Of a stretch of 16,463 nt of DNA, positions 16,278-16,463 are shown piece after piece. Origin of the DNA: an archaeon (lineage in GTDB: Archaea; Iainarchaeota; Iainarchaeia; Iainarchaeales; 1-14-0-10-31-34); assembly GCA_043819075.1 (NCBI GenBank), contig JBDRFE010000055.1:1-16463 (forward strand). Direction: 5' to 3'. The translations under genes were made by a program, and so were the position numbers. Every line of letters begins with the position of its first letter. Within the stretch, counting starts at the first letter, position 1. The notes beneath the pieces are model-generated. The model searched no databases. It was given only the letters and a program-made list of their open reading frames with translations, and was not told the DNA's origin.

Positions 16278-16463
16278 TCAAAAATAGCTCTTAATTTTGT
16301 CTTTTAACTGTTGTGCTACTTCTGCATTCTTGTTTATTACCATTGGAATGCCTGTTTTTTTTTCAAAGATTTCAGTGAATAATTTGTCTATGTTTAAGTC
16401 TTCTATTTTTTTTATTTTTTTGAATTCTTTGCTGACTTCTTCTGTAATTTTTTTGGGGTAAAA
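16278..16463 (-). CDS. 3' end of a CDS entering from the right edge (hypothetical; possibly a regulator C-terminus)
   Basis: 61 open codons from the edge: FYPKKITEEVSKEFKKIKKIEDLNIDKLFTEIFEKKTGIPMVINKNAEVAQQLKDKIKSYF*. The composition matches other genes in the window. Confidence 0.7.
   Translation of the reverse strand, partial: FYPKKITEEVSKEFKKIKKIEDLNIDKLFTEIFEKKTGIPMVINKNAEVAQQLKDKIKSYF

Noticed and set aside
16126..16287. 53-codon + strand ORF (MKKKPATIMAAY...)
   Set aside because: No RBS or motif, and it overlaps the stop of the convergent - strand CDS; likely spurious.

Overview
AT-rich window (roughly one-third GC) that reads as archaeal: TATA-like promoters, GGTGA/GGAG ribosome-binding sites and Cys-rich secreted proteins. 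A DPANN-type origin is my inference. The core is a translationally coupled six-gene + strand operon (1478-14039) laid out like a polymorphic toxin system. In order: (1) a 1104-aa secreted protein with a Cys-rich N-terminus, Ig/PEGA-like repeats, a QPQ-VIP hydrophobic linker and a C-terminal PD-(D/E)xK nuclease-like domain; (2) a candidate immunity gene; (3) a shorter secreted paralogue with a different, BECR/colicin D-like RNase-type tip; (4) a second candidate immunity gene; (5) an RDD membrane protein; (6) an 1832-aa S8 subtilase. A perfect in-frame 32-bp repeat (3147-3178 / 6000-6031) links the two toxin genes and could let the tips be swapped. To the left are a partial lipoprotein gene, a Cys-rich membrane protein bracketed by 66-bp direct repeats, and two structured intergenic elements. 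To the right, on the - strand, are an AbiEi/AbiEii type IV toxin-antitoxin pair, a 44-aa ORF, a broken HNH endonuclease gene and the 3' end of another CDS. All family calls come from reading motifs by eye; no searches were run.
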